NCBI GenBank assembly: GCA_035280585.1
Contig: DATEFQ010000119.1
Span: forward strand, 1 to 59,635
Length of the DNA: 59,635 bases
Direction: 5' to 3'
Origin: Nitrososphaeraceae archaeon
GTDB lineage: Archaea; Thermoproteota; Nitrososphaeria; Nitrososphaerales; Nitrososphaeraceae
Shown: one piece after another, positions 40,310-49,837 of the stretch
Layout of the letters: the number at the start of each line of letters is the position of its first letter
Position numbering within the stretch: position 1 is the first letter of the stretch
Notes under the pieces: generated by a model
Told to the model about the DNA's origin: nothing
The model's input: only the letters and a program-made list of their open reading frames with translations
Database searches by the model: none
Program-made: the position numbers and the translations under genes

Positions 40310-40471
40310 TCCCGCGGGCAGGATTTACTCCAGAAGATCTATGAATCAAATCTGTTTGAGCCTGCGACTCTTCGGTCGCTGCAAATGTTAGCCCGGTAGG
40401 CTGTTTCACGAGTTTAGCAATATTTGCCACCTACTACAGCCGAAAGCTCTACCAGGCTGAGCTACCGCGGG
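40310..40471 (-). tRNA. tRNA-Tyr(GUA) with two introns (57 nt at 37/38, 40377-40433; 31 nt at 58/59, 40325-40355)
   Basis: Removing both introns gives a 74-nt cloverleaf: CCCGCGG TA GCTC AGCCTGGTA GAGC T TTCGG CTGTAGA CCGAA GAGTC GCAGG CTCAAAT CCTGC CCGCGGG A; C1-G72/A73 Tyr identity; BHB-like junctions; no encoded CCA. Confidence 0.92.
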
Positions 40472-40494
40472 ATATTTTTGGTATTGAGTTGTGG

Positions 40495-40504
40495 CTATAT
40501 AAAA
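40495..40504 (-). promoter_or_regulatory. TATA box of tRNA-Tyr
   Basis: TTTTATATAG on the minus strand, 24-33 nt upstream of the tRNA 5' end. Confidence 0.6.
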
Positions 40505-40630
40505 CAATTGAAAATGCAATCGATAAAAACCTCCTGCTTGAAGGAAGCATTAATTGCATTGGATTGAAATTGATAGGTTAGCCGCTTATTGACATCAAAA
40601 TGAATAATTAAGTGAATAATTATAATTACC

Positions 40631-40936
40631 TTGATGAAAGATTACGACCATCAGATAATATGGTTGGATTATTTTAACAAGAATTTGTCACGGCAAAAAG
40701 GACGAAAAGTGGGAAAAAATATTTCTGTTTATGATCCTACTATACAAGAGCTGATAAGCGCTTCAAAAAGCCTTGAATTAGAACTACCTGAAGAAAATAT
40801 TAATAATCAAGCTCGATATCCAAGAAGATCCTTCGTAAAGTCGGGCTATATCATGATCTCAAAACAGGAGAAAAAGTCAACTGTTGTTACTAATATTGCA
40901 AAAAAGATGATTGAGACGAGACAGCACAAGCATTAA
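40631..40936 (+). CDS. srp19: Signal recognition particle protein SRP19
   Basis: IIWLDYFN..LSRQKGRKV, DPTIQEL, RYPR, SGYI, KK..V..IAK. Confidence 0.9.
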   Translation: MMKDYDHQIIWLDYFNKNLSRQKGRKVGKNISVYDPTIQELISASKSLELELPEENINNQARYPRRSFVKSGYIMISKQEKKSTVVTNIAKKMIETRQHKH

Positions 40937-41059
40937 TTAGTTATTATCAATCCAACTTTAATCATCAAAAGCTATATGACAGATTTTATTTATCTTGAAA
41001 CTAAATTTTATTGACAGATTAAAATGATAATGAGTACTTTCTAGGGTTTAATACAAATA

Positions 41060-41347
41060 ATGGAGAAAATAGGTAAAATTGTCCACTTGGCTAAGAGTGG
41101 AAGACTGATAGTCAAAATTGAGGAGAAAAGTAATTACGAGTTAATAGGACAATCACTGATAAATGATAGAGGCACAAAGGTCGGGAAAGTTATTGAATTA
41201 ATAGGTCCGGTCAGCTCTCCATATGCCTCGGTTATTCCTGTAGATTCAAAAAATTCTATTGGTGGAGTTGTATACAAATCCCATAATCCAAATCATAGGA
41301 TAAAATCGTCAAAAAAAAGAAATAGAGTAAGGAGGAAAAGGATGTGA
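41060..41347 (+). CDS. gar1: H/ACA RNP protein Gar1
   Basis: IGKIVHLAKSGRLIV, VGKVIELIGPVSSPY, basic tail; conserved position upstream of tfb. Confidence 0.88.
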   Translation: MEKIGKIVHLAKSGRLIVKIEEKSNYELIGQSLINDRGTKVGKVIELIGPVSSPYASVIPVDSKNSIGGVVYKSHNPNHRIKSSKKRNRVRRKRM

Positions 41348-42420
41348 CCTCAGTGGAATATTGTTCACAATGTCCTGAATGTCAATCGAAAATTATTCTT
41401 GATTATGGTAAGGGTGAATATGTGTGTCACAAATGCGGATGCGTAGTAATGGAACAAGTTGACTACTATGGACCAGAAAGCAATTCAACTGATTTTGAAG
41501 AAAGAAACAGGAACACAAGGGCAAGTGGTTCAACGAGTCTATCTCTTCATGATTTTGGACTGAGGACCGAGATTGGAAATAGTTCAAGGGATTATAGTGG
41601 ACGTGCACTAGATTATCAAAACGTTGAACTCATTAATAGATCTCGTAAATGGCATAGCAGATTGAGGGTTAATTCATCAAAAGAAAGAAGGTTATCAAAT
41701 GTACTCTCAAAAATTAATGAAGTGTGTTCCGTTCTCTCCCTTAGAAAAACCATAACTGAAACTGCCTCGATGATTTATCGTAATTTTGAAAATAGTAACA
41801 AGGCAAAGGGAAAATCTATAACTTGTATAGCGTCGGCAACAATTTATTTGGCTTGCAAACGATGCGGTGTTGTAAGATCAATAGATGAAATTGTTCAAGC
41901 AGCAGGGATATCAGAATATGACAAGTCAAGTGTAAAGTTGGCTTCTAGGTATTACAGATCAATGGTCATGGAAATGAATAAGTTAAAGGAATCGAAAGAT
42001 TTCGAGACATCAGTTTCTATACCAAATGCTCCAGAACATACGAATTATCAAATTAATCAAAATCAAAAATCAAACACTATGCCCTCCGAGGATTCTCGTA
42101 TTTCATCAATCCCTTCGATTTTTGCGATAGATAATTATATTTCAAAACTTGCTAATATTGCAAAAATAGATACAAAAATTGAAAGATTAGCACTCGAAAT
42201 TGCACAAAAAACAAATAATAATTTCTTTTCGGATGGCAAAGCACCAAACGGTTTGGCTGCTGCATACATTTATTTGGCATCGGTATTGCTGGGTGTAAAT
42301 TTGCTTCAGATTGAAGTTTCCAATTTTGCCGGTGTTACCGAAGTGACTATCAGGAACAGGTGTAAAGACATTTTGAATAATTTTAAGTTGGTTGTTAATG
42401 CAAAACCTGCTGGTTTGTAA
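41344..42420 (+). CDS. tfb: Transcription initiation factor IIB
   Basis: Zn ribbon CPEC...CHKCG, HDFGLRTEI, two cyclin repeats, GKAPNGLAAA, VTEVTIRNR. Confidence 0.95.
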   Translation: MTSVEYCSQCPECQSKIILDYGKGEYVCHKCGCVVMEQVDYYGPESNSTDFEERNRNTRASGSTSLSLHDFGLRTEIGNSSRDYSGRALDYQNVELINRSRKWHSRLRVNSSKERRLSNVLSKINEVCSVLSLRKTITETASMIYRNFENSNKAKGKSITCIASATIYLACKRCGVVRSIDEIVQAAGISEYDKSSVKLASRYYRSMVMEMNKLKESKDFETSVSIPNAPEHTNYQINQNQKSNTMPSEDSRISSIPSIFAIDNYISKLANIAKIDTKIERLALEIAQKTNNNFFSDGKAPNGLAAAYIYLASVLLGVNLLQIEVSNFAGVTEVTIRNRCKDILNNFKLVVNAKPAGL

Positions 42421-42462
42421 ATGAATATGATTAAGGATTAATTTTAGCTTATGAATGCTTAA

Positions 42463-44220
42463 TCATAACTTTATGTTTCTTTGTTTTCTATACAGGTCAA
42501 CCAGTTCAGATTCATCAGTTATGTCTTGCGGATTTTTATCATATCGTATTTTATTGGTAAATTTTGGAAATCTCAGTGACAATCCAAACCCTTTTCGAAT
42601 AGAATCCATACCCGCATCATACTCTGGACTTAATGTTATCTCTGATGCTATAATCTCGATTACTACTGTAGGTGTAAACCAGGTATCCATCTCTAGCTTA
42701 GAATAAACTCGTGCATGCTTCTTTAGTATCGTGTATTTTCCTAATACATTAAATAACTCTGAAAGGTTTTCATCTGTAAAACCACTTCCCACCTTGCATA
42801 TACTTTTGAAGGCATTTTCATTCTTATCATATATTGCAAGTAGCAACGCACCATACCGACCTACTCTTCTACCTCTTCCATGAGAACCACCAACTACAAC
42901 AAGATCCAAGCTGTCAACTAATTCGCTCCTGTATTCTCTTTTGATTTTTATCCAGGCGAATCCTCTTGCTCCTGCTCTATACGGACTATTAGGATTCTTC
43001 ATTACTATACCCTCACAACCATATTGTATTGATTTAGCCATGAATTTTTCGAGCTGCTCTTCACTAGTCACAATCTTCTGTTGAATTAGTGCTATTCTAG
43101 TATCTACTGAATCGGTAACAACATTCTTCAACAGATATCTTCGTTCCATATATGGAAGAATTGTTTTATCCGTGCCTGTTGCCCAAAGAATATCAAAAAC
43201 ATTTATAGAAACTGGATAATTTTCCACGTTCTTGGTGATATCATATTTTCGACGTCTATGCATAAGCTCTTGAAAGGGAAGAAACTCACGCGTATACTTA
43301 TCAACTGCCACTACTTCAGCCTCAATAATAAAATCCCTTAAAGAAATGCTTCTTGAGGCTTCAGCGACATCTGGATAATAGTGAGATATGTTTTCTAGGC
43401 TCCTTGAAAATATTTGCACCTCCGGACCTTTCCTATGAATTTGAACTCTTTCACCATCAAGCTTATACTCTACAGCACCTCTTCCGGAAAGCTTTTCGAG
43501 CGCCTCTTTACTTGTTTTAACTCTTTCTGCAAGCATTGGTCGAATAGGTATGAATAATTCAATCCTAATTGCAGATACTGCGTCTATGCCATCTCTTGAT
43601 AAAATCTTGGAAACTCTTCCCAAATCGCTAGAGACATTATAAGCGCTTTCCAAAATTTTTCTATTTTTTTTATCATCTGTATATGCTAATGCTAATGAAT
43701 CCATTATCGTACTATCAGCTATTCCCAGTCGTAATGTGCCTAAGGCAAACCTGATAACATATTTGCATTCCTCAGGTGATGAATCATTAAAAAGACTTGC
43801 CAACAATTTTAGTTTTGTTTCCTGAGATCCCTTACCGGCGGTTTTTGATATCCTATCGAAAACAAAATAAATCCTTTCAATAGTAACGGAATCACTGAAC
43901 AGTGTTTTCTGAACCTTGGTTCTCAAAATTGCTTCTGCAACACTTCCCAAATCTCCTATTTCACGATATTTGTGATGGACTTGATCACTTGAAACATTTG
44001 AGATTTGTGAAATTATTCGAATAATCATTTTTTCAGCTACTCCCATTTCGATTCCCTCGTAATCAGGTCTAATTTTGCCTTGAATGAGATAGATTACTTT
44101 GTCGATGAGATCTGAGGGTGTAATTTTGAAAAGGTTGACTAAATAATTTGTAAGTTCCAATCTACTTGCTGTTCGTTCCATCTCTTCCAAAATTTTAACA
44201 AGAATGGAAAAATCCAACAT
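42463..44220 (-). CDS. lig: ATP-dependent DNA ligase
   Basis: PMLA, EYKLDGERVQIH, EGIVMK, WIKIKREY, DLVVVG, LRFPKF. Confidence 0.96.
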   Translation of the reverse strand: MLDFSILVKILEEMERTASRLELTNYLVNLFKITPSDLIDKVIYLIQGKIRPDYEGIEMGVAEKMIIRIISQISNVSSDQVHHKYREIGDLGSVAEAILRTKVQKTLFSDSVTIERIYFVFDRISKTAGKGSQETKLKLLASLFNDSSPEECKYVIRFALGTLRLGIADSTIMDSLALAYTDDKKNRKILESAYNVSSDLGRVSKILSRDGIDAVSAIRIELFIPIRPMLAERVKTSKEALEKLSGRGAVEYKLDGERVQIHRKGPEVQIFSRSLENISHYYPDVAEASRSISLRDFIIEAEVVAVDKYTREFLPFQELMHRRRKYDITKNVENYPVSINVFDILWATGTDKTILPYMERRYLLKNVVTDSVDTRIALIQQKIVTSEEQLEKFMAKSIQYGCEGIVMKNPNSPYRAGARGFAWIKIKREYRSELVDSLDLVVVGGSHGRGRRVGRYGALLLAIYDKNENAFKSICKVGSGFTDENLSELFNVLGKYTILKKHARVYSKLEMDTWFTPTVVIEIIASEITLSPEYDAGMDSIRKGFGLSLRFPKFTNKIRYDKNPQDITDESELVDLYRKQRNIKL

Positions 44221-44364
44221 AATTTGTTACAGGCGGGTGTTTTAAAATATTTCAAACTAAATTTTTAAAAAATATGGATCGCCTGTTTGAATATATTCTC
44301 TGTTATGAAAACCCTATTAGACCTCTTCCATAGAAATATAAACTGGATTGACAGTGATGTTACT

Positions 44365-44697
44365 ATGGGAGGAGCCAAGAAAAAATCACTAGGCAGCAGT
44401 GAAAAAACATCAAAGGACAATTCCTCTACAGAGGAGAAAGCAAAGAAAGGCGAAAAAAAAGGCCCAATTAAACAAAAGCAAAAATCTTTAATGGTTATTG
44501 AAGAACCTCAAGGTTTGAAGACCTTGAAAAATATGAAACCAATCACATGTCAAGCATTGGCAAGGCAGATGTCCGTAAAGATTTCTGTCGCTAATTCATT
44601 TTTACGATCTCTTGAAACTAAAGGAATTGTAAAGTCAATAGGCGGGTACAGCGGACATAGGATTTACGAACTTGGGCCTGCTGAAGCAGTGCAGTAA
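44365..44697 (+). CDS. rps25e: 30S ribosomal protein S25e
   Basis: MGGAKKK, ITCQALARQMSVKISVANSFLR, IY; start trimmed to ATG 44365. Confidence 0.88.
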   Translation: MGGAKKKSLGSSEKTSKDNSSTEEKAKKGEKKGPIKQKQKSLMVIEEPQGLKTLKNMKPITCQALARQMSVKISVANSFLRSLETKGIVKSIGGYSGHRIYELGPAEAVQ

Positions 44698-44860
44698 ATT
44701 TGCATTTACTCCCATGTTAAAATAGCTGGCATTCTATCAGAAAACTGAAAATTTAGGTAAACAATCCTCTCCGATCCTAAGACTACAATCATTAAAGCAT
44801 TAATTCTTGATGTACGTTATGAATGATCTCAGATACCAATACTACATTTACTTTCCATAC

Positions 44861-44880
44861 GCTCTGAGTGAATTCAGAGC
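44861..44880. other. Short perfect inverted repeat between convergent rps25e and gatD (possible terminator or 3' structure)
   Basis: GCTCTGA-GTGAAT-TCAGAGC, 7-bp stem, 11 nt past the gatD stop. Confidence 0.35.
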
Positions 44881-44891
44881 ATATTATGTAA

Positions 44892-46265
44892 TTACTCAAC
44901 TACTAGTCGGTCTGTCAACTCGTTGGCAATATTGTTAGTCATGGTTTTTATGACTTCTTTTTTTTCTGTGAAGTTCCCGAGACACCACATAGCTTTTACT
45001 AACGCGGTCTCAGAAGTTGTATTAGATAGAGGAATCACGCCAAGTTTCAATAAGTCTCTTCCAGTATCGTAGACTGTGAGGGCAGTTCTGCCCCAAATGC
45101 ACTGGGATGTCATAAATATTAATACCCCTTCATTAACTGCGTTTTGTATCTGGGAAAAGCATTCCTTATTTATGTGACCCAAACCAGTACCTTCTAGAAT
45201 AATCGCTTTATGCCCGAGCTTAACGCAATAATCAATCATAGTACAATCAAAACCTGGATAAAATTTTAATAAGGAAACTTTATTTTCAAAGTCTGGTTTT
45301 ACAATCATACTTTCAAGATTATTGTGCCTCTCTTGAATTATCAACTCTACATATTGCTTAGGTATCTCTACTTTATCTTTCTTGATTAGGGAAAAAGGTG
45401 ACACATCAATTGAATGAAATGCATCTCTTCTGCTTGTGTGATTTTTTCTAACCCTAGTTCCAATATGACAAGCGATAACATCATCAGAGATTGAATAGTG
45501 CATAGCAACAAAAACCCCAGAAAATTTAGATTTTGCCGCAAAGTTGCAAGCACCTATCAGATTTAATGATGCATCGGATGAAGGTCTATCTGACGATCTC
45601 TGGGCGCCAACTATTACAACTGGTATTGGTAGATTCTGAAGAGCAAAACTTAATGCTGCAGAAGTATAGTGCATAGTATCTGTACCATGTGATACAATAA
45701 TCCCATCATATTTTCCTGACAATATTTTACTTGCGACCTTTTTTGCTATTAGTGACCAATGCTCAGGTTTGATATTTTCACTATACTCATTCAAAACTTC
45801 ATCAGTATCAATATCTGCAATACCCTTGAGTTCGGGTATCGAATCGTTAAGTTCTTTTGCTGTCAGTGCTGCCATTACCCCTCCTGTCCTATAATCAATT
45901 TTACTTGAAATCGTTCCACCTGTGCTTAATAATAATAAATGTGGTAGTTTCCCTTGTGGAAAATCTTTATCAGTATTCATATGCGAAAGATAATCTTTGT
46001 ATTTAGCGAACGAATCGGATTTGTAAACTGGCTCCAATTTTTCGCTAATTTTTTTAATACTTTTAATCTTTCCTAAATCGATACCAATATTATATCCACT
46101 CTTCAATTTCAGAACTAAGTGATAAGCGTCTGCATACTCGTACCTTGGAATTAAAATGCCCGAATGCGTCCCATTATCTGTTTCAATAATTACTAAATCG
46201 CCTAATTTTACGTTAGATTTCTTGTAAAATTCTTGCAATTTAATATGATTTGTACCATTTGGCAA
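44892..46265 (-). CDS. gatD: Glu-tRNA(Gln) amidotransferase subunit D
   Basis: KLKSGYNIG N-domain, TGGTISS, HGTDTM, AQRSSDRPSSD, KNHTSRRDAF, GTGLGH. Confidence 0.95.
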   Translation of the reverse strand: MPNGTNHIKLQEFYKKSNVKLGDLVIIETDNGTHSGILIPRYEYADAYHLVLKLKSGYNIGIDLGKIKSIKKISEKLEPVYKSDSFAKYKDYLSHMNTDKDFPQGKLPHLLLLSTGGTISSKIDYRTGGVMAALTAKELNDSIPELKGIADIDTDEVLNEYSENIKPEHWSLIAKKVASKILSGKYDGIIVSHGTDTMHYTSAALSFALQNLPIPVVIVGAQRSSDRPSSDASLNLIGACNFAAKSKFSGVFVAMHYSISDDVIACHIGTRVRKNHTSRRDAFHSIDVSPFSLIKKDKVEIPKQYVELIIQERHNNLESMIVKPDFENKVSLLKFYPGFDCTMIDYCVKLGHKAIILEGTGLGHINKECFSQIQNAVNEGVLIFMTSQCIWGRTALTVYDTGRDLLKLGVIPLSNTTSETALVKAMWCLGNFTEKKEVIKTMTNNIANELTDRLVVE

Positions 46266-46616
46266 TAGTGGTATTATTTTGTATCAAGTATATATTAATA
46301 AATTGTCATATCCTTTAATTGGATTTTTGATTTAGGAATTTGATTTTTAGTTGCTAATTACCATACACTTACCTTACAATTTGAAAACATTTATTCCCCA
46401 ATTGTTGGAATAATACCTTAACGCCTAAGTTACTCTAGCGACGATGTCTTAATTTTAGTAACACATTATATTTTTGTGTGTAAAATCACATAACCTAATT
46501 AGTTTGTACTATTCTCTTAAATATTATTAGGTATTGTAGCGGGAGTAAGATGTTCTGGCTAGTGCAGGAGAGAAATTAATTGTATCTGAAAAAGTGAATT
46601 AATAATGAATTGTTTG

Positions 46617-46847
46617 TCAATCCATAACGATCATAGTTAATGTGGACTTCACACCATTTAATTTTCGTAGTTTCCACGTAATTGTTTCTTTGACTTTTTC
46701 CATTGTTTCTGATTCAACTTGCGCTACAATATCATATACTCCATAAACCTGATAGATTTCCTTTACACCATCAATACTTTTCAGCTCGCTTACTATAGAA
46801 TCTTCACTACCTAATTCAGCATTCATTAGAACAAATGCCTTTGGCAT
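46617..46847 (-). CDS. Stand-alone Lrp/AsnC ligand-binding (RAM) domain protein
   Basis: MPKAFVLMN, VYGVYDIVA, LRKLNGVKSTLT; no HTH. Confidence 0.88.
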   Translation of the reverse strand: MPKAFVLMNAELGSEDSIVSELKSIDGVKEIYQVYGVYDIVAQVESETMEKVKETITWKLRKLNGVKSTLTMIVMD

Positions 46848-46975
46848 AACAAATTGGAAGTGAATGACATATAAAAACATGATGCAAATCTCTGGCTTTA
46901 ATTGAAAATTGTAATACCTTTATAATCTTGGAGTGCGCTTTTTTCAAAAGATAGATGTATGGGTGTCAAAAGATA

Positions 46976-48283
46976 TCAAGGACTGAGCCTAGCCATTGTT
47001 CTTGGAAAGAGTACACATTCCTTAATGTCTTCCAAATTAATTATCCACCTGACCAATCTTTCAATACCTAAACCAAAACCTCCATGGGGTACGGAACCGT
47101 ATTTTCTAAGGTCCAAGTACCAAGAGTAAGAATTCATGTCTAGACCTTCTTTTTTAATCCTGGCTTTCAATAATGCTATGTTTTCCTCCCTCATTCCACC
47201 ACTGCTTACCTCCCCAAATCCATTGGGTAAGAGTAAATCAGCTGTTAGAGCTATTCCTTGCCTTTCTGGGTCCTCCTTTACATAGAATGGTTTAACTTCG
47301 AGTGGATACCCGTATACGAAAACAGGATTACTGCGTTCATTTGTAAGTACTTTTTCAGAATCTAAATTCAAATCGTCACCCCACTCGATTTTTCTTGTCG
47401 TTTCTCCATCTTGAATTTTGATATCATTAGAACGAAGAATTTCAATTGCTTGACCGTAGCTCAATTTGTCAAACGGTTCTACTATTTGATTGAAAGCCAT
47501 TACATCTCGATTCAAATATGTCAGCTCTTCAATTCTTTCTTTAGTTACATTTTGAACCGTATTTATTAGCAATTTCTCTTGGATTGTAAACAGATCATTC
47601 ATTGTTATCCAAGGGGCTTCTGCCTCTAAATGCAAATATTCTGCAAGGTGTCTTATCGTCCTTGATTTTTCGGCTCTAAAGGATGGACCAATCGTCCAAA
47701 CTGGCCCTAAGGAGAATATTAGGGCCTCCAAGTAAAGCTGAGCACTTTGGGATAAAAATGCCTCTTCTTTAAAATATTTTACAGCGAAAAGAGTTGAACC
47801 ACCTTCCACCGCACTTTTGACTAAAGTGGGTGCTGTTACTTCAATCCAATCATTCTCAACAAACCAACTCCGCAACTTTTCAAGAATTGTTGCCCTAATC
47901 TTCGCCATATTGATCATCTTTCTAGTACGCAAAGTCAGGTGTCTATAATCCAACAATAGTTCTGTGCTTTGGTACTCTCCGATTGGAAAATCACTATTAG
48001 CTAAATTATAAATAATTATTTCAGTCCCTCTAATTTCATATCCGCCCTCCTTTGCTCTATTGTCTTTGAACAGGATTCCTCGGATCTCCAGAGAAGATTC
48101 TATAGTAAGGTTCTGCACACTTGTACTGGGAAGCACGCATTGAATTATTGCTCCGCGATCGTCTCTAATTATTATAAAGGCTTTATCTTTTTGTTTGCGT
48201 AATCTGTGTACCCAGCCTCTTATTTTGATTTCTTTACCTAGAAATTCATCTTTTTTGATTTCACTAATCCTTGAATACTTCAA
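46976..48283 (-). CDS. asnS: Asparaginyl-tRNA synthetase
   Basis: OB-fold RGWVHRLR; LSQSAQLYLEA, SFRAEKSRT.RHLAE, GEVSSGGMRE, GSVPHGGFGLGIER resemble archaeal AsnRS more than AspRS. Confidence 0.82.
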   Translation of the reverse strand: MKYSRISEIKKDEFLGKEIKIRGWVHRLRKQKDKAFIIIRDDRGAIIQCVLPSTSVQNLTIESSLEIRGILFKDNRAKEGGYEIRGTEIIIYNLANSDFPIGEYQSTELLLDYRHLTLRTRKMINMAKIRATILEKLRSWFVENDWIEVTAPTLVKSAVEGGSTLFAVKYFKEEAFLSQSAQLYLEALIFSLGPVWTIGPSFRAEKSRTIRHLAEYLHLEAEAPWITMNDLFTIQEKLLINTVQNVTKERIEELTYLNRDVMAFNQIVEPFDKLSYGQAIEILRSNDIKIQDGETTRKIEWGDDLNLDSEKVLTNERSNPVFVYGYPLEVKPFYVKEDPERQGIALTADLLLPNGFGEVSSGGMREENIALLKARIKKEGLDMNSYSWYLDLRKYGSVPHGGFGLGIERLVRWIINLEDIKECVLFPRTMARLSP

Positions 48284-48405
48284 ATGTGTATTTACGACGC
48301 GCGATCTTTATAATGATATAGTACTATCCAATATAGCAATAATAAAACTAACCATTCTTACATTAATAATGAATTTATAGAATTGGGATAGTATGGCTTT
48401 CAATA

Positions 48406-48741
48406 ATGGAATATATGGTATGCAAAAGTGATGAGCTCCCAAATAATTCAATAAAGGTGATATCTGTCCGAGATAGTAAGATTCTTGTATGTAGATCTAA
48501 TAACCAATTATTTGCTTTCGATAATTCATGTCCCCATAGGGGTGCCTCTCTTTCCAAAAGCGAAATAAAAGGAACAAAGATAGTATGTTACATGCATGAT
48601 TTTGAATACGATTTGAATAATGGGAAATTGATACATATTCCTAGTAAATGGAACGAGCAAAATCCGAACTTGACAAAATCCGATAACCTGTTACTATTTC
48701 AAATCTCTGAAAAAAATGGTCAAATATATTTGCATATATAA
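48406..48741 (+). CDS. Rieske [2Fe-2S] ferredoxin
   Basis: CPHRG and CYMHD ligand boxes. Confidence 0.87.
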   Translation: MEYMVCKSDELPNNSIKVISVRDSKILVCRSNNQLFAFDNSCPHRGASLSKSEIKGTKIVCYMHDFEYDLNNGKLIHIPSKWNEQNPNLTKSDNLLLFQISEKNGQIYLHI

Positions 48742-48889
48742 CAAAATTTGAATATCATCTATTATAACAAAAATACTTAAGAGAATGTAGCAATTTGAAT
48801 GGTTTTCATTTTCTAGTTCATTAGTAAAAAAGTTTCCTAATAATATACTGCCTTAATATTTAATCATTGATGATTTAATATTGATACTA

Positions 48890-49642
48890 TTAGTCCTGTA
48901 CTCTGGGAGCCAAATAGAAATGAATTCTACCTACATTCGCAACCCTAAATTCCAACCTTAACGGCATTTTTGTAGAATATTCCAGTACTAAAGAACCTCC
49001 AGACGCACTTATAGCTTTTGTAATTTTTGATAGATAATCCAGACTATATGTTGCCTTGCTTTTATCTTTGACCAGTAATTCTTCGAGGCCTTCACTTCCC
49101 TCATCAATAACAATATCAGCTTCCCCGTAGTCGCTTTTACCAGAAAAGGTAATTTTCTTCTCATCAGATTCGATTGAAATGTATTCTGAAACAACCTCAA
49201 TATCGGACAGTATCTTATCAAACGAAGCTGGTGTCAATATGACTTTAGAATTGAAATTAAGTTTTGGTAAGGGAGTAGATCCGCCGGTACTTTCTATTAG
49301 TCGCATTCTATAATCTCTTTTGTAGCCATTTAGTATTTTGATTCGAAGCATACTGTTCTCCTCAATAGAAACTTCTACTGCATCTTTTTTATCAGCTCTT
49401 TTCATCAATTTAGAAAATTCATCAATTCTAACTCCAAATTTTAATGCCGAATCGCACTCATACCCATCAAAAGCAGAGTTTGGCCAACTAATATCAATTA
49501 AAGCAACATGGGAAGGATCCATTCCCCTGAACGATAGGCCTTCTACGGTTGCCTCAAACGTAGCCTCGTCTACTAATGTAGATATTGCTGAAGTTATTGC
49601 TTTCCATTCATCCGGTGATTTTGTTTTTGCGAGAAATACCAA
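48890..49642 (-). CDS. pcn: DNA sliding clamp PCNA
   Basis: MDPSHVALI, YSLDYL, MPLRL, FYLAPR; start placed at TTG 49642. Confidence 0.95.
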   Translation of the reverse strand: MVFLAKTKSPDEWKAITSAISTLVDEATFEATVEGLSFRGMDPSHVALIDISWPNSAFDGYECDSALKFGVRIDEFSKLMKRADKKDAVEVSIEENSMLRIKILNGYKRDYRMRLIESTGGSTPLPKLNFNSKVILTPASFDKILSDIEVVSEYISIESDEKKITFSGKSDYGEADIVIDEGSEGLEELLVKDKSKATYSLDYLSKITKAISASGGSLVLEYSTKMPLRLEFRVANVGRIHFYLAPRVQD

Positions 49643-49837
49643 ATGTATCAATCAAAAGGCAGATTCAAAAGATTTTAAACATTCCTATTTTAATCAGCAC
49701 CTCTATGTAGAAGACATTTGAAAAAATCTTGTAAAGAATAGATAAAGTCATATATTTTTGGATGATTGTGAAATTATTAATACAATTGTCGTTTAGTTAA
49801 GGAATTTACGAATTACAGATTTATCCATAATAACTGA

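Noticed and set aside
44841-44852. 12-mer GTAAATGTAGTA shared (inverted) with the region near 59458
   Set aside because: Matches of this length are expected by chance in 60 kb of AT-rich DNA, and the flanks do not align
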